From Minisyncoccota bacterium (GTDB lineage Bacteria > Patescibacteriota > Minisyncoccia > Phycocordibacterales > SW-6-46-9): a stretch of DNA of 64,000 nt. Made by a program: the position numbers and the translations under genes. The stretch covers positions 459,526 to 523,525 of the forward strand of contig JBBDRP010000002.1 in NCBI GenBank assembly GCA_040905385.1, in the 5' to 3' direction. Shown piece by piece: positions 1 through 9,636 of this stretch; position 1 is the first letter of the stretch, and every line of letters starts with the position of its first letter. Under the pieces are notes generated by a model. That model was not told where the DNA came from. It did no database searches and saw nothing but the letters and a program-made list of their open reading frames with translations.

Positions 1-499
1 CAACCGCATCTACAGAGAAAGCATCCGGCAGCGGCGAGATAACCACCGGATATCGCAGGTCCTTCAAAATTGCTTCATATAGCGTTACATCTGCTGCATC
101 ATAATTAGCAGCCAGTCGCCAGTACGGAATGGTCTTTACCCCGGTCTTACGCAGAATGTCACGGCGCTCCAGCTTTCCTGCTTCGCCGTAGCGAGTATGG
201 TAGTTACCAGTACTCGCCTTTTGATACTGCCGGCAGAGTTCCTGAATATAGCCGGCCTCCTTCCCTTTCAATGTATGAAAAACAATGCCGTCAAAATTTT
301 GCAGGAAATTCTCGATATCTATCGGCTGTCCATCAAGCTCAAAGCTGCCAGCGGGTGTCAGGTGAATATCACTGACATCATACGTATCACGAAGCGTGTG
401 ATACACGGACGATCCTGATGCCAGAGACGCCTCGCGGGCGTCGGGTGTAGTGCCACCACGGATGATGGCAATGGCTGGTGTTTCTAACGTACGATCCAT
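1..499 (-). CDS. Divergent D-Ala-D-Ala ligase-like ATP-grasp protein, N-terminal part (runs off window start)
   Basis: Manual translation from ATG at 499: MDRTLETPAIAIIRGGTTPDAREASLASGSSVY...LRYPVVISP. It resembles the Ddl N-terminus (GGxSxExEVSLxSG; xPxxVKP), but the motifs are degenerate. Confidence 0.6.
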   Translation of the reverse strand, partial: MDRTLETPAIAIIRGGTTPDAREASLASGSSVYHTLRDTYDVSDIHLTPAGSFELDGQPIDIENFLQNFDGIVFHTLKGKEAGYIQELCRQYQKASTGNYHTRYGEAGKLERRDILRKTGVKTIPYWRLAANYDAADVTLYEAILKDLRYPVVISPLPDAFSVDAV

Positions 500-536
500 G
501 TGTGCATTGTACCAAAGCTTTTCGTTTCGAAAGTAG

Positions 537-564
537 TTGACAAACATACTATAAGTGGTATTCT
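537..564 (+). promoter_or_regulatory. sigma70-type promoter for the 622-4068 operon
   Basis: TTGACA(537)-16 nt-TATTCT, then an A-rich leader and AGGAGG before ATG 622. Confidence 0.6.
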
Positions 565-621
565 ATTACTGAAGCACTTTTTATAAAAGAATAATTCAAA
601 ACAAATCATAAGGAGGAACTT

Positions 622-1755
622 ATGGAACTTACGAAAAGATACCCGAAATTCGGGCTCGTTATCGCAATCTTTACCCTCTTACTCCCTGTTCTCGTACAGG
701 CTCAGTATGGTTCTCACGGCCCTTACGGGGTTGGAGAGTTCAAAGAAGGAAAACACATACTTACAAAAGAAATGGAAACGCAGCTGAATGGCTTAGTTTC
801 TATGTTCGCACAAGAGTGTGCGAGGGGTAAAGTAATCGACGCAATTTCACACTCCGACAGCCTTCGATATAAAAACGTTTCGGAACACATGTCTAACCTG
901 TTGAATGCTAAATTAGCGTGGAGACGGGCTGATGAACCGATCCGGTATCTAGTGGATAAAGGAGTCGAGCAAGAATGCTTCGATGACATTCAGTGGAAAC
1001 CTGCCGACTCTAAAGATAGAGTTGTATCCTTTATGGTCAGACTCAGTAGAGATAAGCAAGCTGATTTAATTCTCGAGAACGAAGCAAGAATTGACTCAGT
1101 AGAAGCTGAAATCGCTGATCTGATTGAGAAAAATAAAGAACAGGACGAGCGTCTAGATGACCACCGAACGTGGATCGACGAGAATACTGTCTGGAATCAA
1201 AACCAGGATACAACACTGAACAATCATGAACAGCGCTTGCGATATCTTGAGAAGCAGAAGTGGGACGAGCAGCGAGATACTACAAGTATCGATGTTTCTG
1301 GCCATCTTGGTCTTAATGTCGAACACTTTGCCTCGCAGCTGGCACCGACGATTTCCGCCGGTGTACAGATTGGTCGTCTTGATTTGACTGGCTGGTACGG
1401 CTTTATGCCCAATACCGGAACAGTTGATCTCGATATCGGAACAGTCAATACCCGTCGTGAGACATACGGCGGCATGGCTACCTTGTATGTTCTTGATAAT
1501 AGTCGGATCTCTGTGGGTCCATCCATTGGGTGGGAGCACGGAGAAGATGCAATCGAGGGTCGTGGATCATACGTAAAAGTGTATGAATCCGCTCTCGTAG
1601 GAGCCTCAGCAGATATCAAGCTAATCGGCCCCCTGCATCTGAAAGTTAGTGCGGCTTACACACCTGTTATCAAGTCTTACAGTTACGACAACCAAGTACT
1701 GCAAGACGAAAGTAGCAACCTAAGACTCAGCGCTGGAATCAGCGTCACGTTTTAG
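622..1755 (+). CDS. Secreted protein: OmpA-like peptidoglycan-binding domain + coiled coil + C-terminal outer-membrane-type beta-barrel
   Basis: Signal peptide ending VQA|Q. OmpA_C-like pattern (F..G...L; SHSD; N.KLAWRRA..IRYLVDKGV; DRVV). Heptad region. Amphipathic beta strands ending LRLSAGISVTF with terminal Phe. Confidence 0.7.
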   Translation: MELTKRYPKFGLVIAIFTLLLPVLVQAQYGSHGPYGVGEFKEGKHILTKEMETQLNGLVSMFAQECARGKVIDAISHSDSLRYKNVSEHMSNLLNAKLAWRRADEPIRYLVDKGVEQECFDDIQWKPADSKDRVVSFMVRLSRDKQADLILENEARIDSVEAEIADLIEKNKEQDERLDDHRTWIDENTVWNQNQDTTLNNHEQRLRYLEKQKWDEQRDTTSIDVSGHLGLNVEHFASQLAPTISAGVQIGRLDLTGWYGFMPNTGTVDLDIGTVNTRRETYGGMATLYVLDNSRISVGPSIGWEHGEDAIEGRGSYVKVYESALVGASADIKLIGPLHLKVSAAYTPVIKSYSYDNQVLQDESSNLRLSAGISVTF

Positions 1756-1791
1756 ACACTGTCACACAGAAATCGAAAACCAAATACAAAG

Positions 1792-4068
1792 GTGATAAAA
1801 ATGAAATACCGAATGATTAGATTGGTTCTCGTCCTGCTGGCAGTGTTAATTGCCGGTTGTGATGTAAACCAACCACATCAAGAACTAGAACAAGAACCAG
1901 AAGAACCCAAAATGGTACGGGCCTTTATCTGGGCACCCGAAATTGTTGAAGGTGACTCAGTGAGGGTTGAAACGGCGACAATAGTTGCTGACGGAGGTGA
2001 CTACAACCAAAAAGTTATCTCCACAAACGGCATCTTTGATGAGATGCTGATTGCACAGGATGTAGATGTAAAAATCTATGCCTACGCTGATGGATACAAA
2101 CCATCAGATACGCTGACAGTAAATCTAAACAGTGAGGTGAATGAAGCACTTGTTCTCGAACGTGAGGATGAGAAACCGGAACCAGAAGGTCCCGGTAAAC
2201 TTGAGTTCACTGCTGAGAGCTGTGCGGATGACGGATCAGTCGACAACGGTACACTGACTGTCACGGCTGAGAATGGATTCACTGCTATCCGACTTATCAA
2301 TGTTGAAAACAACGAAGTAGTAAAAGACATTGCTGAGTTAACGCCGAAAGAAAACCAGGAGTACACCTTTACCAGGGTACCTAATGGTGAGTACAAGGCA
2401 GTAGCAACACTGAACGAGCGCGAAAGCACTACGAAGGAAACGGTAACAGTTGACTGCGAAGCTCAGGAAGCACCTAATAAGGCTCCGAAAGCTAAGCTAG
2501 ACATCACAACTGATGGACTCACTGCGCTTTACGATGCTAGTGGCTCATCAGACACAGACGGTACGATCGAGAAGTACCTCTGGGACTTCGACAACGATGA
2601 TGAAATCGACGAAGAAACTGATGGCCCGACAATCGATAGAGAATTCAGTGAAGGTGGTAACTACACCGGACGAGTTGTGGTTGTCGACAACGACAGCGCA
2701 ACTGATGAAGCTACAGAAGACTTCATGCTGGAAGAACCGATGGGTCCTGGCATGATCAAGGAGCTGAAAACAGTATGTAGCGCCTTCGATGATGGCAAGA
2801 TCAAAATCAGAACCCGAAATGGGTTCTCCTCAATCAGCCTCATGCAGAACGGAACGCAGGTTCAGTACTATGACGAACTACCAGTCGAGGAGCATCAGGA
2901 GTTTACATTCACTGATGTCCCGGCCGGAACCTACAGCGTGATTCCTCAAATTAACAACCGCACCAACGAGAAGGTTGTTACGGTTAAGGCGTGCGAAAAA
3001 CCAAAAGCCCGCTTTACAAGCGAAGCTGATGGATTCACTGTACACTACGACGCAAGTGGGTCATCAAGTGAAAATGGTGACATTGTTACGTACGAGTGGG
3101 ACTGGACAGATGATGGTACCTTTGACGAGGAAACCACAGATCCACAACCATCCTTCGAGCATAATGAAGAAGGACCGATTCAGACTCGACTCCGCGTAAC
3201 CGACCTCAGAGGACTTACGGCCGAAACGACTGGCGAGGTTAATCCTTTCCAGCCGAACAAGGAACCGGTAGCTCATCTCGAGGATACTAACCATGGACTA
3301 ACAATTGTCTATGATGCCAGCGGGTCTTACGACCCTGACGGCGAGATCGTCGAGTATCGCTGGGACTGGATGAATGACGGGCAGATAGATTCTGTCACCA
3401 CTACTCCGATCGTTGAGTACACCTTTGATGATGAGGGTGATTTCTACACCCGCGTTGTTGTGGTGGATAATGACGGAGCTACCGCCGAGGCTACTACTCG
3501 GGTATGCCCAAAAGTCTTACTCAGCGACGAGTATCAGCATTGGATTACTTTTGGTGGTAATCGAGATATCTGGGTTTCAGATTATCAAAATAGACCAATC
3601 GATGATCTATTGAAGTTCGGAGAAGTACGACCTATCCTGTCGGATGAAAATCCTTACGGGCTCGTATATATAGAAAGCAAGTTCAAAGCTGATCCAAACA
3701 AAGACCAGCGATTTCTGCTTGAAATATACTACAACGAAGACGGGAGTGATGTATTTCGTACACCTATCTATCCGGATCAAACCGGTGTTGATGGCTGGAC
3801 AACAGCAACTACTTCGGTTGATGCTAGCAACTTTGCTGGCCACGCCAAGGACATTGCTGGAGTTAGAGTAATCCATGCCAATTCGCTGGATGAAAATGGC
3901 TCAACAGATCCTGACTCGGTATACTTCTCTACCGAAAACGACGAAGACGGAGAATTGTGGTTCAGATGGAGGGTTCAGTTGAACGGACCACAGAAAGCTC
4001 TTGCTCAGTCAACAGAATACGAATCAACTGTTACTGAAAGCGGCACGACAACACGTGCCTTAAATTGA
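1792..4068 (+). CDS. Acidic surface lipoprotein with three PKD domains and two SprB-like repeats
   Basis: Lipobox-like LIAG|C. Three YDASGSxDxxGxIxxYxWD(W/F) PKD motifs. Two C...DG/NG.I/L.....NG...FT.VP.G.Y repeats. Confidence 0.75.
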   Translation: MIKMKYRMIRLVLVLLAVLIAGCDVNQPHQELEQEPEEPKMVRAFIWAPEIVEGDSVRVETATIVADGGDYNQKVISTNGIFDEMLIAQDVDVKIYAYADGYKPSDTLTVNLNSEVNEALVLEREDEKPEPEGPGKLEFTAESCADDGSVDNGTLTVTAENGFTAIRLINVENNEVVKDIAELTPKENQEYTFTRVPNGEYKAVATLNERESTTKETVTVDCEAQEAPNKAPKAKLDITTDGLTALYDASGSSDTDGTIEKYLWDFDNDDEIDEETDGPTIDREFSEGGNYTGRVVVVDNDSATDEATEDFMLEEPMGPGMIKELKTVCSAFDDGKIKIRTRNGFSSISLMQNGTQVQYYDELPVEEHQEFTFTDVPAGTYSVIPQINNRTNEKVVTVKACEKPKARFTSEADGFTVHYDASGSSSENGDIVTYEWDWTDDGTFDEETTDPQPSFEHNEEGPIQTRLRVTDLRGLTAETTGEVNPFQPNKEPVAHLEDTNHGLTIVYDASGSYDPDGEIVEYRWDWMNDGQIDSVTTTPIVEYTFDDEGDFYTRVVVVDNDGATAEATTRVCPKVLLSDEYQHWITFGGNRDIWVSDYQNRPIDDLLKFGEVRPILSDENPYGLVYIESKFKADPNKDQRFLLEIYYNEDGSDVFRTPIYPDQTGVDGWTTATTSVDASNFAGHAKDIAGVRVIHANSLDENGSTDPDSVYFSTENDEDGELWFRWRVQLNGPQKALAQSTEYESTVTESGTTTRALN

Positions 4069-4099
4069 AATTCAATCTAGTTCCTCCCTAGAATATAAC

Positions 4100-4134
4100 A
4101 AAAGGCCTGTCAGCAATTCAGCTGATGGGCCTTT
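4100..4134 (+). terminator. Intrinsic terminator
   Basis: aaaggcctgtcagc-aattca-gctgatgggccttt hairpin after the operon. Confidence 0.7.
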
Positions 4135-4231
4135 AAAATATCTACATATTATTAAAGAAATCGCTTGCGCCGATTTTAAATCTACTAGGTGTAATGACTT
4201 TCTAACATAAGTACCGGCCTGAGCCGTTCGA

Positions 4232-5464
4232 CTATTCTAAGAATCGCTTACGTCTTTTTTGCTTATGGAAGCTCTGGGCAAAGCGGTGCGACTCAGAGTT
4301 CACAATCTTAATCTCCTTCCCGTGTTCATGAATGATACTTTTTGGGCCTAAAATTGCCTTGGGCTTGTGCTTGTCGTCCTTTACCACCGAAACCACTGGT
4401 ATATCCACCTCTGCAGCCGCTAATTCGGCCTTTACGGCGTTTCGCTGGGCTTTGCCACCATCTATCACAAACACGTCTGGATACGGCCATTCTGGATGTC
4501 CGAGCCGGCGTCGCACTACCTCTGCTAGGGCGGCCGGATCATTCGCTCCGGATACACCTTTAATATTAAATTTACGGTAATCCTCCTTTCGGGCGTAGCC
4601 ATCCTCCAGCACCACCAGCGCGCCAACCATATCATCTGCGGCCAGGTGGGCGATGTCGTACCCCTCTAGTCGTAAATCTGCGCTATCCGCCGATACGGTG
4701 TCCTCCTCTATCAAGGCTACGTCATCAATATGATCAAGGGAGAATATCTGCCCCTTTATCTTTTGCGCTCGTTCGAACTGCTCAGCTTCGGCTGCAGCAT
4801 GCATATCTGCTTTCAGCTTGTCGCGAAGCTTATCAGTTTCTCCCTCCAGGAAAAGTGAGAGGTTACTGATGGTATCCGCGTAAGCCTTCTTCGTAATCTC
4901 GCTGGTGCAGACACCAGGACACAGCCCAATCTGATAAGAAAAGCAGGGCTTCTTATTTCCCTTCTCCTTTACTGGCGTGCACTTACGATCTCGGTATGGA
5001 AAAATCTTGCGAATTATCTTCAGAGCTGATTCTAGCTGACGACGACTCGGATATGGGCCAAAGGATTCCTCTATCTCATCAGGATCGATACTTGTCTGTA
5101 ACTCTCGCTCACGAACGATTCTGATCTGAGGAAACGTCTCATTCGTAAAGATAACAAAATTAGCTGATTTATTATCCTTCTCCTTCGTATTGTACGGTGG
5201 CTGTTTTTTGCCGATTAAATTGCGCTCCAGAATCAAGGCCTCAAGTACCGAGCCGGTCTCTTGATAATCCACCGACGTAGCCTCGGCAACCATCTTCTGA
5301 ATCAGCGGGCTACGGGTCTGCGCCAGATCATCGTTAAAGTAGCTCCGTACACGGTCGTGTAGCGATGTGGCTTTGCCGATGTACAATAACCTTTCTCCAT
5401 CCTTAAAGAAGTACACGCCAGGTGTATCGGGTAACTCCTTGATTTGTTCTTTGATATTAGACAT
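4232..5464 (-). CDS. uvrC: Excinuclease ABC subunit C (short form lacking C-terminal HhH)
   Basis: LPDTPGVY..LYIGKA..L.DRVRSYF GIY-YIG domain, UVR domain, EGYDIAH...IDGGKAQ...SESHRFA RNase H-like domain. Confidence 0.93.
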   Translation of the reverse strand: MSNIKEQIKELPDTPGVYFFKDGERLLYIGKATSLHDRVRSYFNDDLAQTRSPLIQKMVAEATSVDYQETGSVLEALILERNLIGKKQPPYNTKEKDNKSANFVIFTNETFPQIRIVRERELQTSIDPDEIEESFGPYPSRRQLESALKIIRKIFPYRDRKCTPVKEKGNKKPCFSYQIGLCPGVCTSEITKKAYADTISNLSLFLEGETDKLRDKLKADMHAAAEAEQFERAQKIKGQIFSLDHIDDVALIEEDTVSADSADLRLEGYDIAHLAADDMVGALVVLEDGYARKEDYRKFNIKGVSGANDPAALAEVVRRRLGHPEWPYPDVFVIDGGKAQRNAVKAELAAAEVDIPVVSVVKDDKHKPKAILGPKSIIHEHGKEIKIVNSESHRFAQSFHKQKRRKRFLE

Positions 5465-5538
5465 GTGTGTATTTAGGATACCTAAATAAGAGTCGAAAGT
5501 TAAAAGTTTAAAGTAGAAAGAAGTCTATCTTTGTCTAT

Positions 5539-5567
5539 TTGACAAAGATAATATAAAAGAGTACTCT
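5539..5567 (+). promoter_or_regulatory. sigma70 promoter
   Basis: TTGACA-17 nt-TACTCT upstream of 5607. Confidence 0.65.
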
Positions 5568-5606
5568 TTACACAGAACTGAAATCATTATTAAATGGAGA
5601 TAGAAC

Positions 5607-5819
5607 ATGAGAAAGTTATCTTTTGTACTTGTAACGATTGCGATTGCGGTAACTTCAACTATCTTACTTTTACCAGAGACAATAACAGATATCGGAAACG
5701 GTACTGAGAGGGTTGTAAGGTATTTTGCAATTATCTTGAATATATTTGCAGGTGCCTTGATTGCCAGCAAACTTTTTCTCTCTTGGGAGGAAGATGTAGA
5801 AAAAGAAGCAGTAGCATAA
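5607..5819 (+). CDS. Small membrane protein (2 TM), orphan
   Basis: Two hydrophobic segments; own promoter, GGAG RBS and terminator. Confidence 0.65.
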   Translation: MRKLSFVLVTIAIAVTSTILLLPETITDIGNGTERVVRYFAIILNIFAGALIASKLFLSWEEDVEKEAVA

Positions 5820-5831
5820 CTACAAATTATG

Positions 5832-5864
5832 AAGCTCACAGAACATTATGATCTGTGAGCTTTT
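5832..5864 (+). terminator. Intrinsic terminator
   Basis: aagctcacaga-acattatga-tctgtgagctttt. Confidence 0.75.
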
Positions 5865-5870
5865 CTATTA

Positions 5871-5899
5871 TTGACAGTACACTTATATACATGTACTAT
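5871..5899 (+). promoter_or_regulatory. sigma70 promoter
   Basis: TTGACA-17 nt-TACTAT upstream of 5936. Confidence 0.65.
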
Positions 5900-5935
5900 C
5901 ATAAATAGCTAAAATGTTCATTCAATCCAAGACCG

Positions 5936-6337
5936 ATGACTAAAGATCATGAAGCCAAGACCAGTACCGACAAGATAAAATCGTGGTTGATCCAGATAAA
6001 AAAGAAACTTGTTCAGATGGGATCGTGGTTGAACCAGATGAGGAAGAAGGCTGCAGAGTATATCTCTGAATTCATGGCTGAAAAGCCAGAAGCATCAGCA
6101 GTAATAGTGGGTGTTCTTGCCTTCTTTATTGCCAATCAGTTATTTCTTTTCCCTCTATTCACTCCTGAATCAGTGGGACAACTGCAAATATCACGCAAAC
6201 TTGATGCTATGTACGGTCAAGAAGGCTCCTTTATGCTCTTCTCATTCTGGGCACATATAGGTGTTGCTTTAACAACCTATCTTGTCGCTAAATTCACCTT
6301 AGAGAAGTTGTATAAAGAGAAGCAAGGTAGTAACTAG
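5936..6337 (+). CDS. Hypothetical membrane protein (2 TM), orphan
   Basis: Amphipathic N-terminus plus two hydrophobic helices; own promoter and terminator. Confidence 0.7.
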   Translation: MTKDHEAKTSTDKIKSWLIQIKKKLVQMGSWLNQMRKKAAEYISEFMAEKPEASAVIVGVLAFFIANQLFLFPLFTPESVGQLQISRKLDAMYGQEGSFMLFSFWAHIGVALTTYLVAKFTLEKLYKEKQGSN

Positions 6338-6355
6338 TAATAAATCAATTTAATT

Positions 6356-6388
6356 AAAAGCCGACACACCTAAACGTGTCGGCTTTTT
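6356..6388 (+). terminator. Intrinsic (possibly bidirectional) terminator
   Basis: aaaagccgacac-acctaaac-gtgtcggcttttt. Confidence 0.75.
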
Positions 6389-6417
6389 CATATCTCTTGC
6401 ATCCTACCGTGTTGTGA

Positions 6418-6504
6418 GCTGGTGGTAATCTGCGTGCCTCGCGCAGTCCCGCGAACGCGGGATGTGCGGAGAGCTTGACTCATGCCAAGCAGATTACTAC
6501 CAGC
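6418..6504. repeat. Nested palindromic intergenic element
   Basis: 16-bp terminal inverted repeat gctggtggtaatctgc/gcagattactaccagc enclosing the hairpin tcccgcg-aa-cgcggga. Confidence 0.6.
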
Positions 6505-6508
6505 GAAC

Positions 6509-9127
6509 TTACAATACGTCCTTCAAATACTCCCCCGTTACCGAATCCTTGTTCTCTACGAGCTGCTCGGGTGTTCCTTTAGCAACAATTTTTCCGCCGT
6601 GCTCACCACCACCTGGTCCCATATCAATCACGTAGTCGGCATTTTTTATAATATCTAAATTGTGCTCGATCACCATCACGGTGTTTCCCATATCCACCAG
6701 CTCCTGCAGAATGGTTGTCAGCTGGCGCACATCATCGTAATGCAGACCAACCGTCGGTTCATCCAGGAGGTAAATCGTTTTTTTGGTATGCCGACGATAC
6801 AACTCCGAAGCGATCTTGATTCGCTGTGCCTCACCACCGGAGAGTGTGGTTGATGGCTGGCCCAGCTCTAGGTACGACAACCCGACGCGCACCAGTGTTT
6901 CCAGTCGGTCGGCAATCGGCGGAATATCCTCAAAAAACTCAGCCGCTTCCTCGATTGTCATCGATAATACCTGGAAGATATTCTGCCCTTTATACGTGAT
7001 ATCCAGTGTGTCCTCGGTAAATCGCCGACCATTACAGACCTCGCACGGCACGTGCACCGTTGGCAGAAAGTGCATCTCGATCTTCTGCTCCCCTTTTCCT
7101 TTGCAGGCCTCACAGCGACCGCCGGAGGTATTAAAAGAAAATCGACTCTTGGTAAAACCACGCACCTTCGCCTGCTTGGTCTCGGCGAAGAGGTCACGAA
7201 TGTAATCAAAGGCACTGGTGTATGTAGCCGGGTTAGAACGGCTCGAACGTCCAATTGGCGACTGATCAATCATTACTGCTCGGGCTAGATACTCACTACC
7301 GGCAAATTCGCTACAGTTCACGGGATCCTGTGCGGCCGTCCGGTCATGGTAAATACGCTTGAGGTTCTTGTATAGAATATCGTACAGGAATGATGACTTG
7401 CCCGAGCCGGATACCCCACTAAGTGCGATTAGCTTCCCAAGCGGCAACTGCACATTAAGCCCGTTAATATTATGACGCTTGCCGCCTTTTATACGTAAAT
7501 GACCATTATTCTCCGTACGACGCTTCTCTGGGTACGGGGTAACCTCCTTGCCTTGTAGATACTTCAGGGTTAGCGATTTTTCGGCCGCCTTGTCATCCTT
7601 CATAAGCTCTTTTATTGGGCCATTTGCCATCACCTCTCCGCCATGCACACCAGCCCGTGGTCCAAGATCCAGTAGATGATCCGACGCCTCGATGGTCTGA
7701 CGATCATGTTCTACCACCAGGACAGAGTTACCAATATCACGGAGATTATGAAGTGTGCTAAGCAATCTGTCGGTATCGCGCGAGTGCAGACCAATGGTTG
7801 GCTCATCCAGTACGTACAGCGCACCAACCAACTTACTGCCTAGCTGGCTGGCCAGCCGAATTCGCTGCGCCTCACCACCAGACAGCGTATTGGCTCGGCG
7901 ATCCAGGGTTAGGTACTCAACACCAACATCCGCCATAAAAGAAAGCCGATCGGAAATCTCGCGTGAAACAACATCCACCACCTTCTGCTTGGATCCCTCG
8001 ATCTCAAGATCTGTATACCAGTCAAGCGCTCCTTCAACGGTTAGAGCGACAAACTCGGATATATTCAGCCGCTCATCACCGGCCGTAAGAAAGACGTTCC
8101 GTGCGGCCTCACGCAGTCGGGCACCTTCACAGTCTGGGCACGGCTTACTACCACGAAACTCAGTGGTACCAAGTCCATTACAGGTCGGGCAGGCGCCGTA
8201 TGGCGAGTTGAAGGAGAAAAGTCGTGGCTCAATCTCCGGAAATGAGTACCCATCATACGGGCAGGTAAACTGTGATGACATTAATTTTCCGATAGTATTC
8301 CTTCCTGAGTCGCTTGCCCCGTAGCCGGAGCCTTGCGACGTGGTACCGGGGCCTATCCAAACCCGTACGAGTCCTTCCGCTTCATTAAGAGATCGTTCAA
8401 CTGCTTCGGCCAATCGATCACGAACGTCCCCGCCGTCGCGGGATTTACCCTTACCGGAAAATTCCTCTAATGAAATTGCGTCCACGAGGACATCGATGTC
8501 ATGCGTAGTGTGCTTTTCGAGCACGATCTGTTCACGCAGGCGCTTGGTCTCACCATCAATCAGAACCTGGCTGTAGCCACGCTCGAGTAGATTGTATAGA
8601 AGCTGGTAGTACTCTCCTTTCCGACCACGCACAATTGGCGCGTAGATGTAAACTGCCAGATCGTCGGTGCTTTTCACTTCTTCAAGTTTCTCCTCTACCT
8701 GCTCCCCAATCAGTCGCTGTATTTCCTCGGCCGACAGCTTCTCAATCGGTCGACCACACTCAAGACAGTGTGGCGTACCGACACGTGCAAACAGGATTCG
8801 CAGATAATCATACGTCTCGGTGATGGTTGCCACAGTTGAACGTGGATTATTTGATCTTGACGATTGATCAATCGATATAGCTGGGCTTAATCCCGTAATC
8901 TCGTCAACATCCGGGCGCTGCATCCGGTCTAAGAACTGGCGAGCGTAGCTAGACAGTGATTCAACGTACCGTCGCTGCCCTTCGGCAAAGATGGTATCAA
9001 AAGCCAGAGATGACTTTCCAGAACCAGATACGCCGGTAATAGCCACCAACTCACCACGCGGAATCTCCACGTTTATATCTTTAAGATTGTGCGTCCGAGC
9101 CCCCTTAATTTTTATACTATCATTCAT
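6509..9127 (-). CDS. uvrA: Excinuclease ABC subunit A
   Basis: GARTHNLK, two Walker A (GVSGSGKSS), two LSGGEAQR signatures, LDEPT, zinc fingers; start placed at MNDSIKIK. Confidence 0.97.
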   Translation of the reverse strand: MNDSIKIKGARTHNLKDINVEIPRGELVAITGVSGSGKSSLAFDTIFAEGQRRYVESLSSYARQFLDRMQRPDVDEITGLSPAISIDQSSRSNNPRSTVATITETYDYLRILFARVGTPHCLECGRPIEKLSAEEIQRLIGEQVEEKLEEVKSTDDLAVYIYAPIVRGRKGEYYQLLYNLLERGYSQVLIDGETKRLREQIVLEKHTTHDIDVLVDAISLEEFSGKGKSRDGGDVRDRLAEAVERSLNEAEGLVRVWIGPGTTSQGSGYGASDSGRNTIGKLMSSQFTCPYDGYSFPEIEPRLFSFNSPYGACPTCNGLGTTEFRGSKPCPDCEGARLREAARNVFLTAGDERLNISEFVALTVEGALDWYTDLEIEGSKQKVVDVVSREISDRLSFMADVGVEYLTLDRRANTLSGGEAQRIRLASQLGSKLVGALYVLDEPTIGLHSRDTDRLLSTLHNLRDIGNSVLVVEHDRQTIEASDHLLDLGPRAGVHGGEVMANGPIKELMKDDKAAEKSLTLKYLQGKEVTPYPEKRRTENNGHLRIKGGKRHNINGLNVQLPLGKLIALSGVSGSGKSSFLYDILYKNLKRIYHDRTAAQDPVNCSEFAGSEYLARAVMIDQSPIGRSSRSNPATYTSAFDYIRDLFAETKQAKVRGFTKSRFSFNTSGGRCEACKGKGEQKIEMHFLPTVHVPCEVCNGRRFTEDTLDITYKGQNIFQVLSMTIEEAAEFFEDIPPIADRLETLVRVGLSYLELGQPSTTLSGGEAQRIKIASELYRRHTKKTIYLLDEPTVGLHYDDVRQLTTILQELVDMGNTVMVIEHNLDIIKNADYVIDMGPGGGEHGGKIVAKGTPEQLVENKDSVTGEYLKDVL

Positions 9128-9229
9128 ATTATTCTGAGATTGAAGCTCCTTTTTACGTAGGGAATATAACACAAAAGGCGCACGCAGATAAACTGTACGC
9201 CGATATGTTTACTTCAGATTATGTATGCT

Positions 9230-9619
9230 TTACTTGGTACCGTGTTCAGCAATTAGTTCTCCAGTACGCTTTACAATCTCGTCCAGTGAGTGATTAGCCT
9301 TGACAATAAAATCAACTGCGCCGAGCTCCTTACCTTTTTCCACGTCCTCTTTTTGGCCAAGGTTAGACAGGAATGCAACTGGAATATCAGAGACTGATTC
9401 ATCACTCTTAAGCTTTTCGAGTATCTCGAATCCATTCATACCCGGAAGAATAATATCAAGCATGATAATGTCTGGATCCTCATCGTGAGCCTTTCGCAGA
9501 GCTTCTTTACCCTCACCAGCATGTACAACTCTGAAATTAGCAGCCTTAAACTTCTTTACGAGTATCTCGATAAGAAAGCTATCATCCTCAACTAGCAACA
9601 ATGTGTATTGGTTATCCAT
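9230..9619 (-). CDS. Single-domain response regulator (receiver)
   Basis: LLVEDD, IMLDIILPGMNG, FLSNL, DFIVK. Confidence 0.92.
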   Translation of the reverse strand: MDNQYTLLLVEDDSFLIEILVKKFKAANFRVVHAGEGKEALRKAHDEDPDIIMLDIILPGMNGFEILEKLKSDESVSDIPVAFLSNLGQKEDVEKGKELGAVDFIVKANHSLDEIVKRTGELIAEHGTK

Positions 9620-9636
9620 AGTGATGTTATTTATGT

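Noticed and set aside
7955-7970. parS-like half site (cgtgaaaca) inside uvrA
   Set aside because: Only one arm matches the consensus palindrome, and it lies in coding sequence.
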